DNA from: Luteimonas sp.
GTDB taxonomy: Bacteria > Pseudomonadota > Gammaproteobacteria > Xanthomonadales > Xanthomonadaceae
Assembly: GCA_036515815.1 (NCBI GenBank)
Contig: DATBUS010000090.1
Coordinates: 472 to 64,471, forward strand
Length of the DNA stretch: 64,000 nucleotides
Reading direction: 5' to 3'
The position numbers and the translations under genes were made by a program. A model generated the notes under the pieces. That model was not told the DNA's origin and ran no database searches. It saw nothing but the letters and a program-made list of their open reading frames with translations. The stretch's first letter is position 1. Each line of letters opens with the position of its first letter. Positions 28,902 through 40,252 of this stretch are shown here, in pieces.

Positions 28902-31277
28902 ATGAAATTCTCCGAGAACTGGCTGCGCCAGCACATCCCCACCGACGCCACGCGTGATGCGCTGGCGGCTACGCTGACCGCGATCGGCCTGGAGGTCGAA
29001 GACGTCACGCCGCTGGGCGAGGCGCTCGACGGCGTGGTGGTGGCGCGCATCGTGTCGGCCGAAAAGCACCCCGAGGCCGACCGCCTCCAGGTCTGCCAGG
29101 TCGACGCGGGCGGTGCCGGCATGCTGCAGATCGTGTGCGGCGCACCGAACGCGCGTGCGGGCCTGGTGGCGCCACTCGCGACCATCGGCACCACGGTGGG
29201 CGAGCTCGTGATCAAGGCCGCGAAGCTGCGCGGCGTGGAGTCGAACGGCATGCTGTGCTCGGCGAAGGAACTCGGCATCGACGCAGATGCGTCCGGCCTG
29301 CTCGAGCTTCCCGACGATGCGCCCGTGGGCGCGGCGCTGGCTGGCTACCTGGGACTGCCCGACGCCAGTTTCGAGCTCAAGCTCACGCCCAACCGGGCCG
29401 ACTGCTTCGGCATCCGCGGCATCGCCTTCGACGTGGCCGCGGCCTGCGGCGGCGCGGTCGCCGACCTCGACGCCGTGCCGGTTCCGGCCGCGAGCGCCGC
29501 GACGGTCGATGTCCTGCTGGACGCCGGCGCCGACGCGCCGCGCTACATCGGCCGCGTGATCGAGGGCGTGGACGCAGCGCGCGCCACGCCGGTATGGATG
29601 GCCGAGCGACTGCGTCGCAGCGGCGTGCGGCCTGTTTCCCTGCTGGTCGACGTGACCCAGTACGTGATGCTCGAACTCGGCCAGCCGATGCATGCCTACG
29701 ACCGCGACCTGCTCAAGGGGCCGGTCGGCGTGCGCCGCGGTCGCGCGGGCGAATCGCTGAAGCTGCTCGATGGCCGCGATGCCGCGCTCGACGACGGCTA
29801 CCTGGTGATCACCGATGCCGGGGGCCCCGTGGGGCTGGCTGGCCTGATGGGCGGCTTCGATACCCGTGTCACGGAGGCCACCCGCAATGTGTTCCTGGAG
29901 GCCGCGCACTTCGCGCCGGCCGCGATCATCGGCCGTGGCCGGCGCCTGGGCCTGCACACCGATGCCGGCCACCGCTTCGAGCGTGGCGTCGACCCGGAGC
30001 TGCCGCGCATCGCGATGGAGTACGCCACGAAGCTGATCCTCGATATCGCGGGCGGCACGCCGGGGCCGGTGACCGAAGCTGTCCTTGCCGATGCGCTGCC
30101 GGCACCGGCCACGATCGGCCTGCGCCGCGCGCGGCTGGCACGCGTGCTCGGCGTGGACATCGCCGATGCCGAGGTCGAGCGGATCCTGCGCGCGCTGGGC
30201 CTGGGCGTCGAGGCGACCGCCGACGGCTGGATGGTCACCGCGCCGACGCGCCGCTTCGACCTGGCGATCGAGGAAGACCTGATCGAGGAGGTCGCGCGCA
30301 TCCACGGCTATGACGCGGTGCCGACCACGCTGCCCGGTGGCGCGACCCGCCTGGTCGCACCGACCGAAGGGCGCGTGCCCGACCGCGACCTGCGGCGCGC
30401 GCTGGCCGGGCGCGGCTATCTCGAGGCGATCAACTACGCCTTCGTCGATGCCACGCTGCTCGGACGCTGGCAGGTGGACGAGGACCTGGTCCCGCTGGCC
30501 AACCCCCTGAGCGCCGAGCTGGGCGTGATGCGTCCGCGGCTGCTGCCCGGCCTCCTCGACGCGCTGGCGCGCAATGCCGCGCGCCAGCAGGGGCGCGTGC
30601 GGCTGTTCGAACTGGGCAAGGTGTTCAGCGCCCAGGGGGCAGGCGAGGCGCCGCGCGAGACCCCGCGCATCGCTGCGGTGGCGAGTGGCGACGCGGCCGC
30701 CGAGCAGTGGGGCGTTCCCGCGCGTCGCGCGGACTTCCACGACCTCAAGGGCGACCTCGAGGCGCTGGCCGCGCTTTCGGGCGCGCGACTGGCCTTCCGG
30801 CCGGCGGCGCCGTCCTGGGGCCATCCGGGTCGCTCCGCCGACGTGCTGCGCGACGGCGTGTTGGTCGGCATGATCGCCGAGCTGCACCCGCGCTTCCAGC
30901 AGGCGCTCGACCTTGACCATCCAGTGGTGGCGTTCGAACTCGACCTGGCGGCGCTGACAGCCCGCGAGCTGCCCAGGGCACGGCCGCAATCGAAGTTCCC
31001 CTCGGTCCGCCGCGATCTCGCGTTCATCGTCGCCGATGGCGTGTCCTGGGGCGAGTTGGAGGCCACCGCGACCGCGGCCGCGGGACCGTTCCTGCGCGAA
31101 CTCCGACTGTTCGATGTCTACGCCGGTAAAGGGGTGGAAACGGGATTCAAGAGTGTCGCCATGGGCTTGATTCTGCAGGACGCTTCGCGCACGCTGATCG
31201 ACCGCGACGTGGACACGGTGGTGGCTTCGGTGACCGATGCGGTCGCGGCCGCACATGGCGCTCGTATCAGGGGATGA
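28902..31277 (+). CDS. pheT: Phenylalanine--tRNA ligase beta subunit
   Basis: [47 protein letters not shown]. Confidence 0.99.
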   Translation: MKFSENWLRQHIPTDATRDALAATLTAIGLEVEDVTPLGEALDGVVVARIVSAEKHPEADRLQVCQVDAGGAGMLQIVCGAPNARAGLVAPLATIGTTVGELVIKAAKLRGVESNGMLCSAKELGIDADASGLLELPDDAPVGAALAGYLGLPDASFELKLTPNRADCFGIRGIAFDVAAACGGAVADLDAVPVPAASAATVDVLLDAGADAPRYIGRVIEGVDAARATPVWMAERLRRSGVRPVSLLVDVTQYVMLELGQPMHAYDRDLLKGPVGVRRGRAGESLKLLDGRDAALDDGYLVITDAGGPVGLAGLMGGFDTRVTEATRNVFLEAAHFAPAAIIGRGRRLGLHTDAGHRFERGVDPELPRIAMEYATKLILDIAGGTPGPVTEAVLADALPAPATIGLRRARLARVLGVDIADAEVERILRALGLGVEATADGWMVTAPTRRFDLAIEEDLIEEVARIHGYDAVPTTLPGGATRLVAPTEGRVPDRDLRRALAGRGYLEAINYAFVDATLLGRWQVDEDLVPLANPLSAELGVMRPRLLPGLLDALARNAARQQGRVRLFELGKVFSAQGAGEAPRETPRIAAVASGDAAAEQWGVPARRADFHDLKGDLEALAALSGARLAFRPAAPSWGHPGRSADVLRDGVLVGMIAELHPRFQQALDLDHPVVAFELDLAALTARELPRARPQSKFPSVRRDLAFIVADGVSWGELEATATAAAGPFLRELRLFDVYAGKGVETGFKSVAMGLILQDASRTLIDRDVDTVVASVTDAVAAAHGARIRG

Positions 31278-31287
31278 GGAGGCTGGC

Positions 31288-31590
31288 GTGGCGTTGACCA
31301 AGGCGGAAATGGCTGAGCGGCTCTACGTTGAGGTCGGCCTGAACAAGCGCGAGGCGAAGGAATTCGTCGATGCCTTCTTCGACGCCCTGCGCGAAGCGCT
31401 GCAGGGCGGACGCCAGGTCAAGCTGTCCGGCTTCGGCAACTTCGACCTCCGCCGCAAGAACCAGCGCCCGGGCCGGAATCCCAAGACCGGGGAGGAGATC
31501 CCGATCTCCGCCCGCACCGTGGTCACCTTCCGCCCTGGCCAGAAGCTCAAGGAACGCGTGGAAGCGTACGTGGGAGGCACCCATGCTTGA
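31288..31590 (+). CDS. ihfA: Integration host factor subunit alpha
   Basis: ALTKAEMAE...VKLSGFGNF...[22 protein letters not shown]; GTG start after SD GAGGAGG; directly after pheT. Confidence 0.98.
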   Translation: MALTKAEMAERLYVEVGLNKREAKEFVDAFFDALREALQGGRQVKLSGFGNFDLRRKNQRPGRNPKTGEEIPISARTVVTFRPGQKLKERVEAYVGGTHA

Positions 31591-31939
31591 TCCCGGCAGC
31601 AACCGCGAACTTCCGCCGATCCCGGCCAAGCGCTATTTCACCATCGGCGAGGTCAGCGAGCTCTGCGACGTCAAGCCGCACGTGCTGCGCTACTGGGAAA
31701 CCGAGTTCCCGAGCCTCAGCCCGGTGAAGCGCCGTGGCAACCGCCGCTACTACCAGCGCCACGACGTGCTGATGGTGCGGCAGATCCGCGGGCTTCTGTA
31801 CGAGCAGGGCTACACCATCGGTGGTGCGCGCCTGCGGCTGGAAGGCGAGGACGCCCGCCAGGAATCCGCGCTCAGCACCCAGATCGTCCGCCAGGTGCGG
31901 ATGGAGCTGGAAGACGTGTTGCAATTGCTGCGGCGCTGA
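31583..31939 (+). CDS. MerR-family transcriptional regulator
   Basis: [27 protein letters not shown]...RRYY...GYTIGGA; conserved position after ihfA. Confidence 0.95.
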   Translation: MLDPGSNRELPPIPAKRYFTIGEVSELCDVKPHVLRYWETEFPSLSPVKRRGNRRYYQRHDVLMVRQIRGLLYEQGYTIGGARLRLEGEDARQESALSTQIVRQVRMELEDVLQLLRR

Positions 31940-32005
31940 GCCGGGCCAAAGATTCATGCCGCGCGGCTCCCAATCGGAGCGCCGCGCCGGCTATAATTCT
32001 CAGAC

Positions 32006-32082
32006 CGGGGTATAGCGCAGCCTGGTAGCGCACTTGTCTGGGGGACAAGTGGTCGTCGGTTCGAATCCGGCTACCCCGACCA
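32006..32082 (+). tRNA. tRNA-Pro(GGG)
   Basis: CGGGGTATAGCGCAG...anticodon arm CTTGT-CTGGGGG-ACAAG...TTCGAATC...CCCCGACCA. Confidence 0.97.
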
Positions 32083-32090
32083 TCTCGAAC

Positions 32091-32122
32091 ACGAAGCCCG
32101 CCTCGCGCGGGCTTCGTGCTTT
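32091..32122 (+). terminator. Intrinsic terminator after tRNA-Pro
   Basis: ACGAAGCCCGC-CTC-GCGCGGGCTTCGT followed by GCTTT. Confidence 0.7.
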
Positions 32123-32189
32123 CCGATGCAAGGGAACCTTTGCGCCTGTCCACGTTCCAACCGCCCCGACGCCACAGGGAGAGTGCGGT

Positions 32190-33230
32190 ATGAAACTGGA
32201 ACGATTGTTCTTGCTGCTGTCGGTTGCGATGCTCCTGGCCAGCCAGCCACTGGCAGCACGAGTGCAGGCGGGGGGCCCCGCATCGCAGTCCGGGGCGCTG
32301 TCATCGTCCGCCGGCGATATCACCGACCTGGAGGCCCTGGTCGTGTCCGGCGCCCAGCCGGGCCCCGGCATGTGGAAGGTCCGCAAGGGCGAACACGTGC
32401 TGCATATCCTGGGCACGGTGACGCCGCTGCCGCGCCGCATGGAGTGGGCGTCGGACGACGTGGAAGCGGTGATCGCCGGGTCCGGGGTCGTGATCGCGGC
32501 ACCTTCGGTCGTGGTGGGCACGGACGTCGGTCTCTTCCGCGGCCTCGGCCTGGTGCCGGCGATGCTGCGCGCGCGCAACAACCCCGGCAAGCGCTCGCTG
32601 CGGGACGTGGTGTCGCCGCAGGAGTACGCGCGGTGGGAGGTGCTGAAGGCGCGTTACATCGGCCGCGATCGCGGGGTCGAGAAACGGCGGCCGCTGCTGG
32701 CGGCGCAGGCGCTCTACGAGGCCGCGCTCGACAGGTCCGGCCTGCGCGAGGGTGGCGTGGTTGGCCCCGTGGTGCGCAGGGCACGCAAATCTGCCGACGT
32801 GCCACTGGTCGATACCGCCGTGCGGCTGACCGTGGAAGATCCGCGCGCTGTGTTGCGGGAACTTGGCCAGGGCGACCTCGCCGACCGCGAATGCTTCGTC
32901 CGCACCATGGACCGGGTCGAGAACGACCTGGACAACATGCGCGCGCGGGCGAACGCCTGGGCGATCGGCGACATCGATGGCCTGCGTGCCCTGCCGCACG
33001 AGAGCCATTACGAGAGCTGCCAGCAGGCGCTTACCGGAAGTGCCGTGGCGAGAAAGCTCGGGATCGAGGACCTTCCGAAGCGGGCCGCGCAGCTCTGGCT
33101 GGAGAGCGTGGACAAGGCGCTGGACGAACATGCCTCGAGCTTCGCGATGCTGCCCATGCACCAGCTGCTGGGCGACGATGGCTTGCTGGTGGAGCTTCAG
33201 GCCCGCGGCTACGCGATCGAGGCGCCCTAA
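32190..33230 (+). CDS. TraB/GumN family (TIKI-like) exported protein
   Basis: Signal peptide; QPGPGMWKVRKGEHVLHILGT, RARANAWAIGD, ARGYAIEAP typical of the Xanthomonadales TraB/GumN family. Confidence 0.85.
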   Translation: MKLERLFLLLSVAMLLASQPLAARVQAGGPASQSGALSSSAGDITDLEALVVSGAQPGPGMWKVRKGEHVLHILGTVTPLPRRMEWASDDVEAVIAGSGVVIAAPSVVVGTDVGLFRGLGLVPAMLRARNNPGKRSLRDVVSPQEYARWEVLKARYIGRDRGVEKRRPLLAAQALYEAALDRSGLREGGVVGPVVRRARKSADVPLVDTAVRLTVEDPRAVLRELGQGDLADRECFVRTMDRVENDLDNMRARANAWAIGDIDGLRALPHESHYESCQQALTGSAVARKLGIEDLPKRAAQLWLESVDKALDEHASSFAMLPMHQLLGDDGLLVELQARGYAIEAP

Positions 33231-34336
33231 CCCCGGCCGTGCGCGGCGGGCGCGTCGCCTGCCGACACCACCAGTCGGTTGCGCCCGCGGCGCTTCGCTT
33301 CGTACAGGGCGGCATCGGCGGCGTGGATCCACTGCTCGATGCGCGAATGGTTGGCGCTCGCCTGCGCGATGCCGATACTGACCGACAACATCTGGCCCGG
33401 CGCTTCGGGCAGTTCGATACGCTCGACCGCCGCGCGATAGGCTTCACCCAGCCGGGCAGCGTCGTCGAGGGTCGTGGCCGGACAGACCACCGCGAACTCG
33501 TCGCCCCCATATCGACCCGCGAAGTCCCCGGGGCGCAACATGCCGGTCAGCGTGGCCCCGGCGGCACGCAGAAGGGCATCGCCGGCGATATGGCCGTTGT
33601 GGTCGTTCACGCGCTTGAAGCCGTCGACGTCGATCAGGAGCAGGGCCGTTGGCCTGCCCAGCGCGTGCACGGCATGCAGGGCATGGGCCGCGTCCCGCTC
33701 CCAGTGACCGCGCAGGGACAAGCCGGTGACGCGGTCGACGCGGCCCAGGAGGTCCAGCTCCTGGTTCTTTTCCAGCACCTTCTGCAACAGTTTCCGGCGC
33801 GCAAGGCTGACGATCGTCGTATGGATCAGCAGCATCGGCAGGCAGGCCAGGATCACCGCGGTGCTCGACGAGGGTTCGAAGGCGAAGCCGGTGCACAGGC
33901 CTCCCAGCAACAGCGCGCCGAGCACCAACGGAATCGTCCGGCGGAAGATCCCCGGTATGTCGGAATTGACCTTGTCGGCCGCGGGCAGGGCCAGCAGCAG
34001 GACACTCGGCAGCAGGTTGAAGTGCAGCAGCGGGATCCAGAAGGCGGTGATCGCCGAATCCACCATCAGGCTGCGCTGTTCGGCGCGGAACGGATCCGGG
34101 CTGCGCCGGGCCAGCAGGTAGGCGATCTGCGGCCAGAGCAGGCCGGTGAACACGCACAGGCCCCAGCGCAGCGGTCCGGCCCGCAGTTCCCAGAGGACCA
34201 CGGCCATGGCCAGCGCCCCGAGCGCCATGCCCAGCATGCGATAGCGGTAAACGCGGCCGGGCAGGCCCGCACGGACGCGCGGCGAGCCGAACACCGTGGC
34301 GCGCGCGCGCGTGCTGTCGGTTGCTACCGGTTCCAT
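33227..34336 (-). CDS. Membrane diguanylate cyclase (MASE2-like sensor + GGDEF)
   Basis: ~6 TMs followed by D.VTGL, DVDGFKRVND, GRYGGDEF, SIGIA, ADAALYEAK. Confidence 0.9.
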   Translation of the reverse strand: MEPVATDSTRARATVFGSPRVRAGLPGRVYRYRMLGMALGALAMAVVLWELRAGPLRWGLCVFTGLLWPQIAYLLARRSPDPFRAEQRSLMVDSAITAFWIPLLHFNLLPSVLLLALPAADKVNSDIPGIFRRTIPLVLGALLLGGLCTGFAFEPSSSTAVILACLPMLLIHTTIVSLARRKLLQKVLEKNQELDLLGRVDRVTGLSLRGHWERDAAHALHAVHALGRPTALLLIDVDGFKRVNDHNGHIAGDALLRAAGATLTGMLRPGDFAGRYGGDEFAVVCPATTLDDAARLGEAYRAAVERIELPEAPGQMLSVSIGIAQASANHSRIEQWIHAADAALYEAKRRGRNRLVVSAGDAPAAHGRG

Positions 34337-34408
34337 CCTGGCCCCCCCCTGATCGGCCATCCGGCACTTCCGTGCCGGACCCGGGGAGTATAGGCCGGTG
34401 ACGGAGAG

Positions 34409-36322
34409 TCAGCCCGCTGCGCTGCGCACGCCGCTGGCGGCCTGGCCTGCGTTGGGCCAGCGCTTGAGCACGGCCGCACGGATGCCGTCGGCATCGATGC
34501 CGGCCTCGGCCAGGAGGTCCTCGCGGCTTGCGTGATGCTGGAACGCGTCGGGAAGTCCCAGGTGCAGCACCGGCAACAGCACATCCTCCGCCGCCAGCAG
34601 CTCGGACACGCCCGAGCCCGCACCGCCCATGACCACGTTGTCCTCGATGGTCACCAGCCCCTCGTGGCTGCGGGCAAGCTCCAGGATCATCCCGCGGTCC
34701 AGCGGCTTGACGAAGCGCATGTTCACCACCGTCAGTCCGAGTTCCGCGCCAACGGCTTCCGCCGCCGGCACGGTCGCGCCGAAGGCAAGCAGCGCGATGC
34801 CCGAGCCCTTGCGGCGCAGTTGTGCCTTGCCGATGGGCAGGGTGTCGAGCGTCGGCTCCACCGCAAGGCCTGGGCCGCTCCCGCGCGGGTAGCGCACCGC
34901 GGCCGGGCCCGCGTGGCGGAAGCCGGTGGACAGCATCTGGCGGCATTCGTTCTCGTCCGCCGGTGCCATCACCACCATGTTCGGCACGCAGCGGAGGAAG
35001 CTGAGGTCCAGATTGCCGGCGTGGGTGGCGCCATCGGGCCCGACCACGCCGCCGCGGTCGATCGCGAACAGCACGTCCAGGTCCTGCAGCGCCACGTCGT
35101 GCACCAGCTGGTCGTACCCGCGCTGCAGGAAGGTCGAATAGATCGCGACCACGGGCTTGGCGCCTTCGCAGGCCATGCCCGCGGCCAGGGTGACCGCGTG
35201 CTGCTCGGCGATGGCGACGTCGAAATAGCGGGCCGGATGCTCTTTCGAGAACCGCACCAGGCCCGAGCCTTCACGCATGGCCGGGGTGATGCCCATCAGC
35301 GACTGGTCGGCGGCCGCCATGTCGCACAGCCAGTCACCGAAAACGTCCGTGTACGTCGGCTTCTTCACCGCGCCGGGCTTCTTCACCACGCCCATGTCCG
35401 GGTCGAAGGGCGAGACCGCGTGGTAACCGATCTGGTCGCCCTCGGCGCGCTCGTAGCCCTTGCCCTTGGTGGTGATGACATGCAGCAGCTGCGGGCCCTT
35501 CAGGCCGCGCACCACCTTCAACGCCGACACCAGCGCCTTCATGTCATTGCCGTCGATCGGGCCGGTGTAGTGGAAGCCCATTTCCTCGAACAGGGTGGAC
35601 GGCAGCAGCATGCCCTTCCAGTGCTCCTCCCAGCGGCGCACGAAGCGCGCAGTGGGGTTGTTGCGGTCGCCGAGCAGCTTCTTGCCGCCCTCGCGGAGCG
35701 CGTTGAGCGTCTGGCTGCCGGTCGCGCGGCCGAGCATCTTGGTGAGCCCGCCGACGTTCTCGCTGATCGACATCCGGTTGTCGTTGAGGACCACCAGGAT
35801 GTCCGGCTCCGGCTCCATGCCGCCGGCGTGGTTGAGCGCCTCGTAGGCCATGCCGGCGGTCATCGCGCCATCGCCGATCACGGCCACGACGCGGCGCTCG
35901 TCGCCTGCGCGCGCCGATGCGATCGCCATGCCCAGCGCGGCCGAGATGCTGGTGGAGGAATGGCCCACGCCGAAGGTGTCGTACTCGCTTTCCTCGCGCT
36001 TCGGGAAGGGGGCGACGCCGTCCTTCTGCTTCACGGTGTGGATCGTGTCGCGGCGGCCGGTCAGGATCTTGTGCGGATAGGCCTGGTGGCCGACGTCCCA
36101 GACGATGCGGTCGTGCGGCGTGTCGTACAGGTAGTGCAGGGCGGTCGTCAGTTCGACCACGCCCAGGCCGGCGCCGAAGTGGCCACCGCTGCGGCCGACG
36201 GATTCGATGAGGTAGGCGCGCAGCTCGTCCGCGATCGCGGGCAGCTCCGCTTCGTCGAATTCACGTAGGCGGGCCGGGCTGTCGATGCGGGAAAGGCGCG
36301 GATGGCGCGTGGAGTCGATCAT
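34409..36322 (-). CDS. dxs: 1-deoxy-D-xylulose-5-phosphate synthase
   Basis: [53 protein letters not shown]. Confidence 0.99.
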   Translation of the reverse strand: MIDSTRHPRLSRIDSPARLREFDEAELPAIADELRAYLIESVGRSGGHFGAGLGVVELTTALHYLYDTPHDRIVWDVGHQAYPHKILTGRRDTIHTVKQKDGVAPFPKREESEYDTFGVGHSSTSISAALGMAIASARAGDERRVVAVIGDGAMTAGMAYEALNHAGGMEPEPDILVVLNDNRMSISENVGGLTKMLGRATGSQTLNALREGGKKLLGDRNNPTARFVRRWEEHWKGMLLPSTLFEEMGFHYTGPIDGNDMKALVSALKVVRGLKGPQLLHVITTKGKGYERAEGDQIGYHAVSPFDPDMGVVKKPGAVKKPTYTDVFGDWLCDMAAADQSLMGITPAMREGSGLVRFSKEHPARYFDVAIAEQHAVTLAAGMACEGAKPVVAIYSTFLQRGYDQLVHDVALQDLDVLFAIDRGGVVGPDGATHAGNLDLSFLRCVPNMVVMAPADENECRQMLSTGFRHAGPAAVRYPRGSGPGLAVEPTLDTLPIGKAQLRRKGSGIALLAFGATVPAAEAVGAELGLTVVNMRFVKPLDRGMILELARSHEGLVTIEDNVVMGGAGSGVSELLAAEDVLLPVLHLGLPDAFQHHASREDLLAEAGIDADGIRAAVLKRWPNAGQAASGVRSAAG

Positions 36323-36389
36323 CCCCGCATTGTAAGGCGGAGGGGCACGGCGCGGGCGCCCCGCGACCGGGTCGCGGCCCGCGCGCGGT

Positions 36390-37577
36390 TCAGCGGCTGC
36401 GCAGGCGGCCCAGCAGGCCGGCGCGCGCCTTCACCGGCTCCTCGACCACGGGCGGAGCTTCCACCACGGCTTCAGCGAAGCCGGTCGCGAGGTTGGCGTT
36501 GATGAAGTCGGCCACATCCGCCTCGGGCACGCCGCTGGCCTGTGCGATCTCCGCAAGCGTCGCAGGACCCTTCATCATCTGGGTGGCAATGCGGAAGTGG
36601 CGCGGGTATTCGCGCTCGGTCTGCGGCCATTTGTTGAGCTGGAACCGGTCCGAGGCGTCGTGGGCGGGCAGGAGCGCACCCTTGCCGGCCAGCAGGCCGC
36701 CGAGCCAGCGCAGGCGGGCCAGCGGCTGTGGCGCGCCGGCAGCCGTGGCGTCGCGCTGCCAGGACACGTCGTCCAGGGGCTCGAAATCGTCGCGCGCGAG
36801 CACGCCTTCGAAGCAGCCGACCAGGGACTTCAGCACGGTCGGGCCATGCCAGGTGCCGGCTGCCGGGTCGATCAGGAGGGTCGTCCCGTCCGCGGCGCGG
36901 AAACGTACGCGCGCGGTGAGCGCGCCGGGGACAAGCCAGCCGGCCAGATCACGTCCGGCATCGATGGCCGGCGGCGCGGGCTGCAGTGCGGGTGCGGACG
37001 CGTGGTGCAATGCGTCGGCCTCCAGGTCCGGCTCCATTCCGGGCGCGGCCTGCGGTCCGGACGGAGGTGCCGGCTCGACGTCCGGTCCGGGTGCATCCAC
37101 CAGCGCGGCAGTGCCGGCGATGGGCTCCGGTTCCGGCACCGGTGCCGCGTCTGCAGCGTCGGCGCCTGCATCCTCCTGGGTGGCCACCGCGCTGGCGACA
37201 GCCGCGGGGACGGCGGTGCTGCCGGCCTGATCCGCAGCGTTGCCATGGCCCGCGGCCGCCAGCTCGACGCCGCTCCCGCGCGCCACGTCGGACAGGAGCT
37301 GCATCAGCTGCTCGACATCGAAGGGACGTCCGAGCCGGTAGTCGGTCTGCGTGCGCGGTGCCGAGGTCAGGCCGATCACATGGCGCCCCGCGGCGTGCAG
37401 CCGCAGCCAGCTCATCGGCCCGTACATGCTGTCCATGTCGACCACGACATGCGCCGCGTCGCCATCGGCGACAAGGGACCAGCGGTCGCCCAGGCGCGCA
37501 TTGGCCTCGAGGAAGGCCGCCTTGAGAGCGGCTTCGGTGGCTGGGTCCATCCCGGTCAGGCCGAGGGTCAGGGACAT
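36390..37577 (-). CDS. Hypothetical protein: receiver-like N-terminus, Ala/Pro-rich linker, C-terminal domain ending in an HTH-like motif
   Basis: Long ORF with gene-like codon bias; [11 protein letters not shown]...[11 protein letters not shown]; C-terminal [24 protein letters not shown]. Domain calls are tentative. Confidence 0.7.
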   Translation of the reverse strand: MSLTLGLTGMDPATEAALKAAFLEANARLGDRWSLVADGDAAHVVVDMDSMYGPMSWLRLHAAGRHVIGLTSAPRTQTDYRLGRPFDVEQLMQLLSDVARGSGVELAAAGHGNAADQAGSTAVPAAVASAVATQEDAGADAADAAPVPEPEPIAGTAALVDAPGPDVEPAPPSGPQAAPGMEPDLEADALHHASAPALQPAPPAIDAGRDLAGWLVPGALTARVRFRAADGTTLLIDPAAGTWHGPTVLKSLVGCFEGVLARDDFEPLDDVSWQRDATAAGAPQPLARLRWLGGLLAGKGALLPAHDASDRFQLNKWPQTEREYPRHFRIATQMMKGPATLAEIAQASGVPEADVADFINANLATGFAEAVVEAPPVVEEPVKARAGLLGRLRSR

Positions 37578-37734
37578 CGCGCGGCGTTCCGACGGTGTGA
37601 AGGCAGCGAGTGTTGCGGACCCCGCCAGCCGCGTCAACGCGCGCTGGGCGGCAGTTGCGGCTGTGCTGCGTCACCCCTCGCCGCGTTTGGTGACGCGCGT
37701 CGCATGCCGCCTGCGAACTGCAGCGGCGTACCGG

Positions 37735-38382
37735 TCAGCAGCGCCGATGCTTGGGCAACTGGCTCGCGAGGAAGGCCATCTGGTCGGCCAGGATATTGCG
37801 ATTGGACAGGATCAGGTGCTCGATCCAGCTCGGCCGGTATGGCACGGCCAGCAATGGCATCGACGCCTGCGCCGGCGTGCGACAGCCCTTGCGCGAGTTG
37901 CACGCGAAGCATGCGGTGACCACGTTTTCCCAGATATCGGTGCCGCCGCGCGAGACAGGATGCACGTGGTCGCGCGTCAGCTGCTGGCGCGGATGCCCGC
38001 GGCCGCAGTACATGCACAGGTACTGGTCGCGCGCGAACAGCGCGCTGTTGGTCAGGGCCGGCGTGGGGTCGATCGCGCGCGCGCGGGCCTGGCCACGGGC
38101 GGCGACGATGGGGTGGAGCTCGACCACGCTGCGCTGGCCGGTGGCCCGGCTGACGCCGCCACGGACGGCCAGGCAGGGTTGGCCCATCGTCCAGGCGACC
38201 GCACCACGCACATAGAGGCAGGTGGCTTCCTGCCAGCTGATCCAGTCCAGCGCACGGCCGTGGGCATCGAGCGCCAGCAGGCGTACGCGTCCCAGGGCCG
38301 GGACCCCGGTGCCGGCCGCATGGGCGGGCGCCGGAGGTTCCATGCCACTGACAAGGCGGAGTCGCGCTCTGTCGGGTTCCAT
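37735..38382 (-). CDS. HNH endonuclease (McrA/HNHc type)
   Basis: RDQYLCMYCG...LTRDHVHPVSRGG...WENVVTACFACNSRKG. Confidence 0.92.
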   Translation of the reverse strand: MEPDRARLRLVSGMEPPAPAHAAGTGVPALGRVRLLALDAHGRALDWISWQEATCLYVRGAVAWTMGQPCLAVRGGVSRATGQRSVVELHPIVAARGQARARAIDPTPALTNSALFARDQYLCMYCGRGHPRQQLTRDHVHPVSRGGTDIWENVVTACFACNSRKGCRTPAQASMPLLAVPYRPSWIEHLILSNRNILADQMAFLASQLPKHRRC

Positions 38383-38431
38383 GGGAACAACAGCTTATAC
38401 CCCCATGGTGACGGCCTGGATAGCGCCGCCG

Positions 38432-40219
38432 TCAGGCTCCGAAACTGTCCGCGTCGAGTGCCATCAGCGAGCCGGCACCGGCGCGGATCCCGGCAGCGTG
38501 GGCCAGCGTGCGCGGCAGGATGCGGTCGAAGTAGAAGCGGGCCGTCTCGCGCTTGGCGTCCTTGAACGCGGCAGGCATCGAGGACGCATCGGCGGCGACG
38601 CGTGCCCGCAGCCACCAGTAGGCCAGCACCACGTAGCCGGAGTAGAACAGGTAGTCCCAGGCCGCCGCGCCGAGTTCGTCCGGATTGGCGGCCGCGGCCT
38701 GCAGCATTCCGGTGGTCAGTCCGGCCCATTCCTGGCACTTCTCGCGCAGCGTGGCGATATCGGCGGCGAGCCCGGCATCGTCGGCGTTTGCCGCGCAGAA
38801 GGCTTCCACTTCGGCCACGAACAGTTTCAGCCCGGCGCCGCGCGAGGACGCGGTCTTGCGCCCGACCAGGTCCATCGCCTGGATGCCAGTGGTGCCCTCG
38901 TAGAGCGTGGTGATGCGGGCATCGCGCGCCAGCTGTTCCATGCCGTGCTCGGCGATGTAGCCGTGGCCGCCGAAGCACTGCAGCGCATTGTAGGTGTTCT
39001 CGATGCCCCACTCGGTCTGGCAGGCCTTGGAGATCGGTGTCAGGAAGCTCACCAGGGTTTCGGCACGCTCGCGCTCGCCGGCATCGGCCGCGTGGTTGGC
39101 CACGTCGAGCAGGGCACCGGCATGCATCGCGAGCATGCGGCTGCCTTCGGTGAGTGCCTTGACCGACAGCAGCATGCGGCGCACGTCGGGGTGCACGATG
39201 ATCGGATCGGCCGGCTTGTCGGGTGCCTTGGGGCCGGTGAGCGAACGCGACTGGAGGCGTTCGCGCGCATAGCGCAGCGCGTTCTGGTAAGCCCGCTCCG
39301 ACAGCCCGATGCCCTGCAGGCCCACGCCCAGGCGCGCGGAGTTCATCATGGTGAACATGGCCTTGAGCCCACCGTGCGCTTCGCCAACCAGCCAGCCCTC
39401 GGCGCCGTCGAAGTTCATGACGCAGGTGGCCGAGCCCTTGATGCCCATCTTGTGTTCGATGGAGCCGCAGCGCACCGCGTTGCGTCCGCCCATGGTGCCG
39501 TCGCGCGACACCTTGAACTTCGGCACCACGAACAGCGAGATGCCCTTGGCGCCTGCCGGGGCATCCGGCAGCTTCGCCAGCACCAGGTGGACGATGTTCT
39601 CGGTGAAGTCGTGCTCGCCGGCGGTGATGAAGATCTTGGTGCCGGTGATCGAATAGCCATCGCCCGACGGTTCCGCGCGCGTGCGCAGCAGGCCGAGGTC
39701 GGTGCCACAGTGCGGTTCGGTCAGGCACATGGTGCCGGTCCAGCGGCCTTCGATCAGCGGCTTGAGGAAGACCTCGCGCTGCCAGTCCTCGCCGTGCTGG
39801 CGCAGGGCTTCGACGGCGCCGTGCGAGAGCAGCGGGAAGTTTCCCCAGGCCAGGTTCGCGCCGTTGATCATCTCGCTGACCACCGTGCCGATGACGTGCG
39901 GCAGGCCCTGGCCACCATGTTCCGGCGACGCGGTCAGGCCCGTCCAGCCGCCTTCGACGTACTGGGCGTAGGCGGCCTTGAAGCCTTCTGGCGTGGTGAC
40001 CTCGCCGGTTGCCGCATCGTGGTGGCAGCCCTGCTCGTCGCCCACGGCATTGAGCGGGGCAAGCACGCTGCCACTGAAGCGGGCGGCTTCCTCCAGCACG
40101 GCGTCCACCACGTCCGGCGTCGCATCGGCGTGGCCCAGGCGCGCGAATTGCGTCTGGACGCCAAGCACATCGTTGAGGACGAAGCGCATGTCGTCGAGCG
40201 GGGCGGTGTACTGGCTCAT
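38432..40219 (-). CDS. Long-chain acyl-CoA dehydrogenase (with C-terminal domain)
   Basis: GTMCLTEPHCGTDLG, GTKIFIT, EHKMGIKGS, QCFGGHGYI, LYEGTTGIQAMDL. Confidence 0.96.
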   Translation of the reverse strand: MSQYTAPLDDMRFVLNDVLGVQTQFARLGHADATPDVVDAVLEEAARFSGSVLAPLNAVGDEQGCHHDAATGEVTTPEGFKAAYAQYVEGGWTGLTASPEHGGQGLPHVIGTVVSEMINGANLAWGNFPLLSHGAVEALRQHGEDWQREVFLKPLIEGRWTGTMCLTEPHCGTDLGLLRTRAEPSGDGYSITGTKIFITAGEHDFTENIVHLVLAKLPDAPAGAKGISLFVVPKFKVSRDGTMGGRNAVRCGSIEHKMGIKGSATCVMNFDGAEGWLVGEAHGGLKAMFTMMNSARLGVGLQGIGLSERAYQNALRYARERLQSRSLTGPKAPDKPADPIIVHPDVRRMLLSVKALTEGSRMLAMHAGALLDVANHAADAGERERAETLVSFLTPISKACQTEWGIENTYNALQCFGGHGYIAEHGMEQLARDARITTLYEGTTGIQAMDLVGRKTASSRGAGLKLFVAEVEAFCAANADDAGLAADIATLREKCQEWAGLTTGMLQAAAANPDELGAAAWDYLFYSGYVVLAYWWLRARVAADASSMPAAFKDAKRETARFYFDRILPRTLAHAAGIRAGAGSLMALDADSFGA

Positions 40220-40252
40220 GGGCGGGGGATCCTGTTCTGGAAGGGTGGAATG

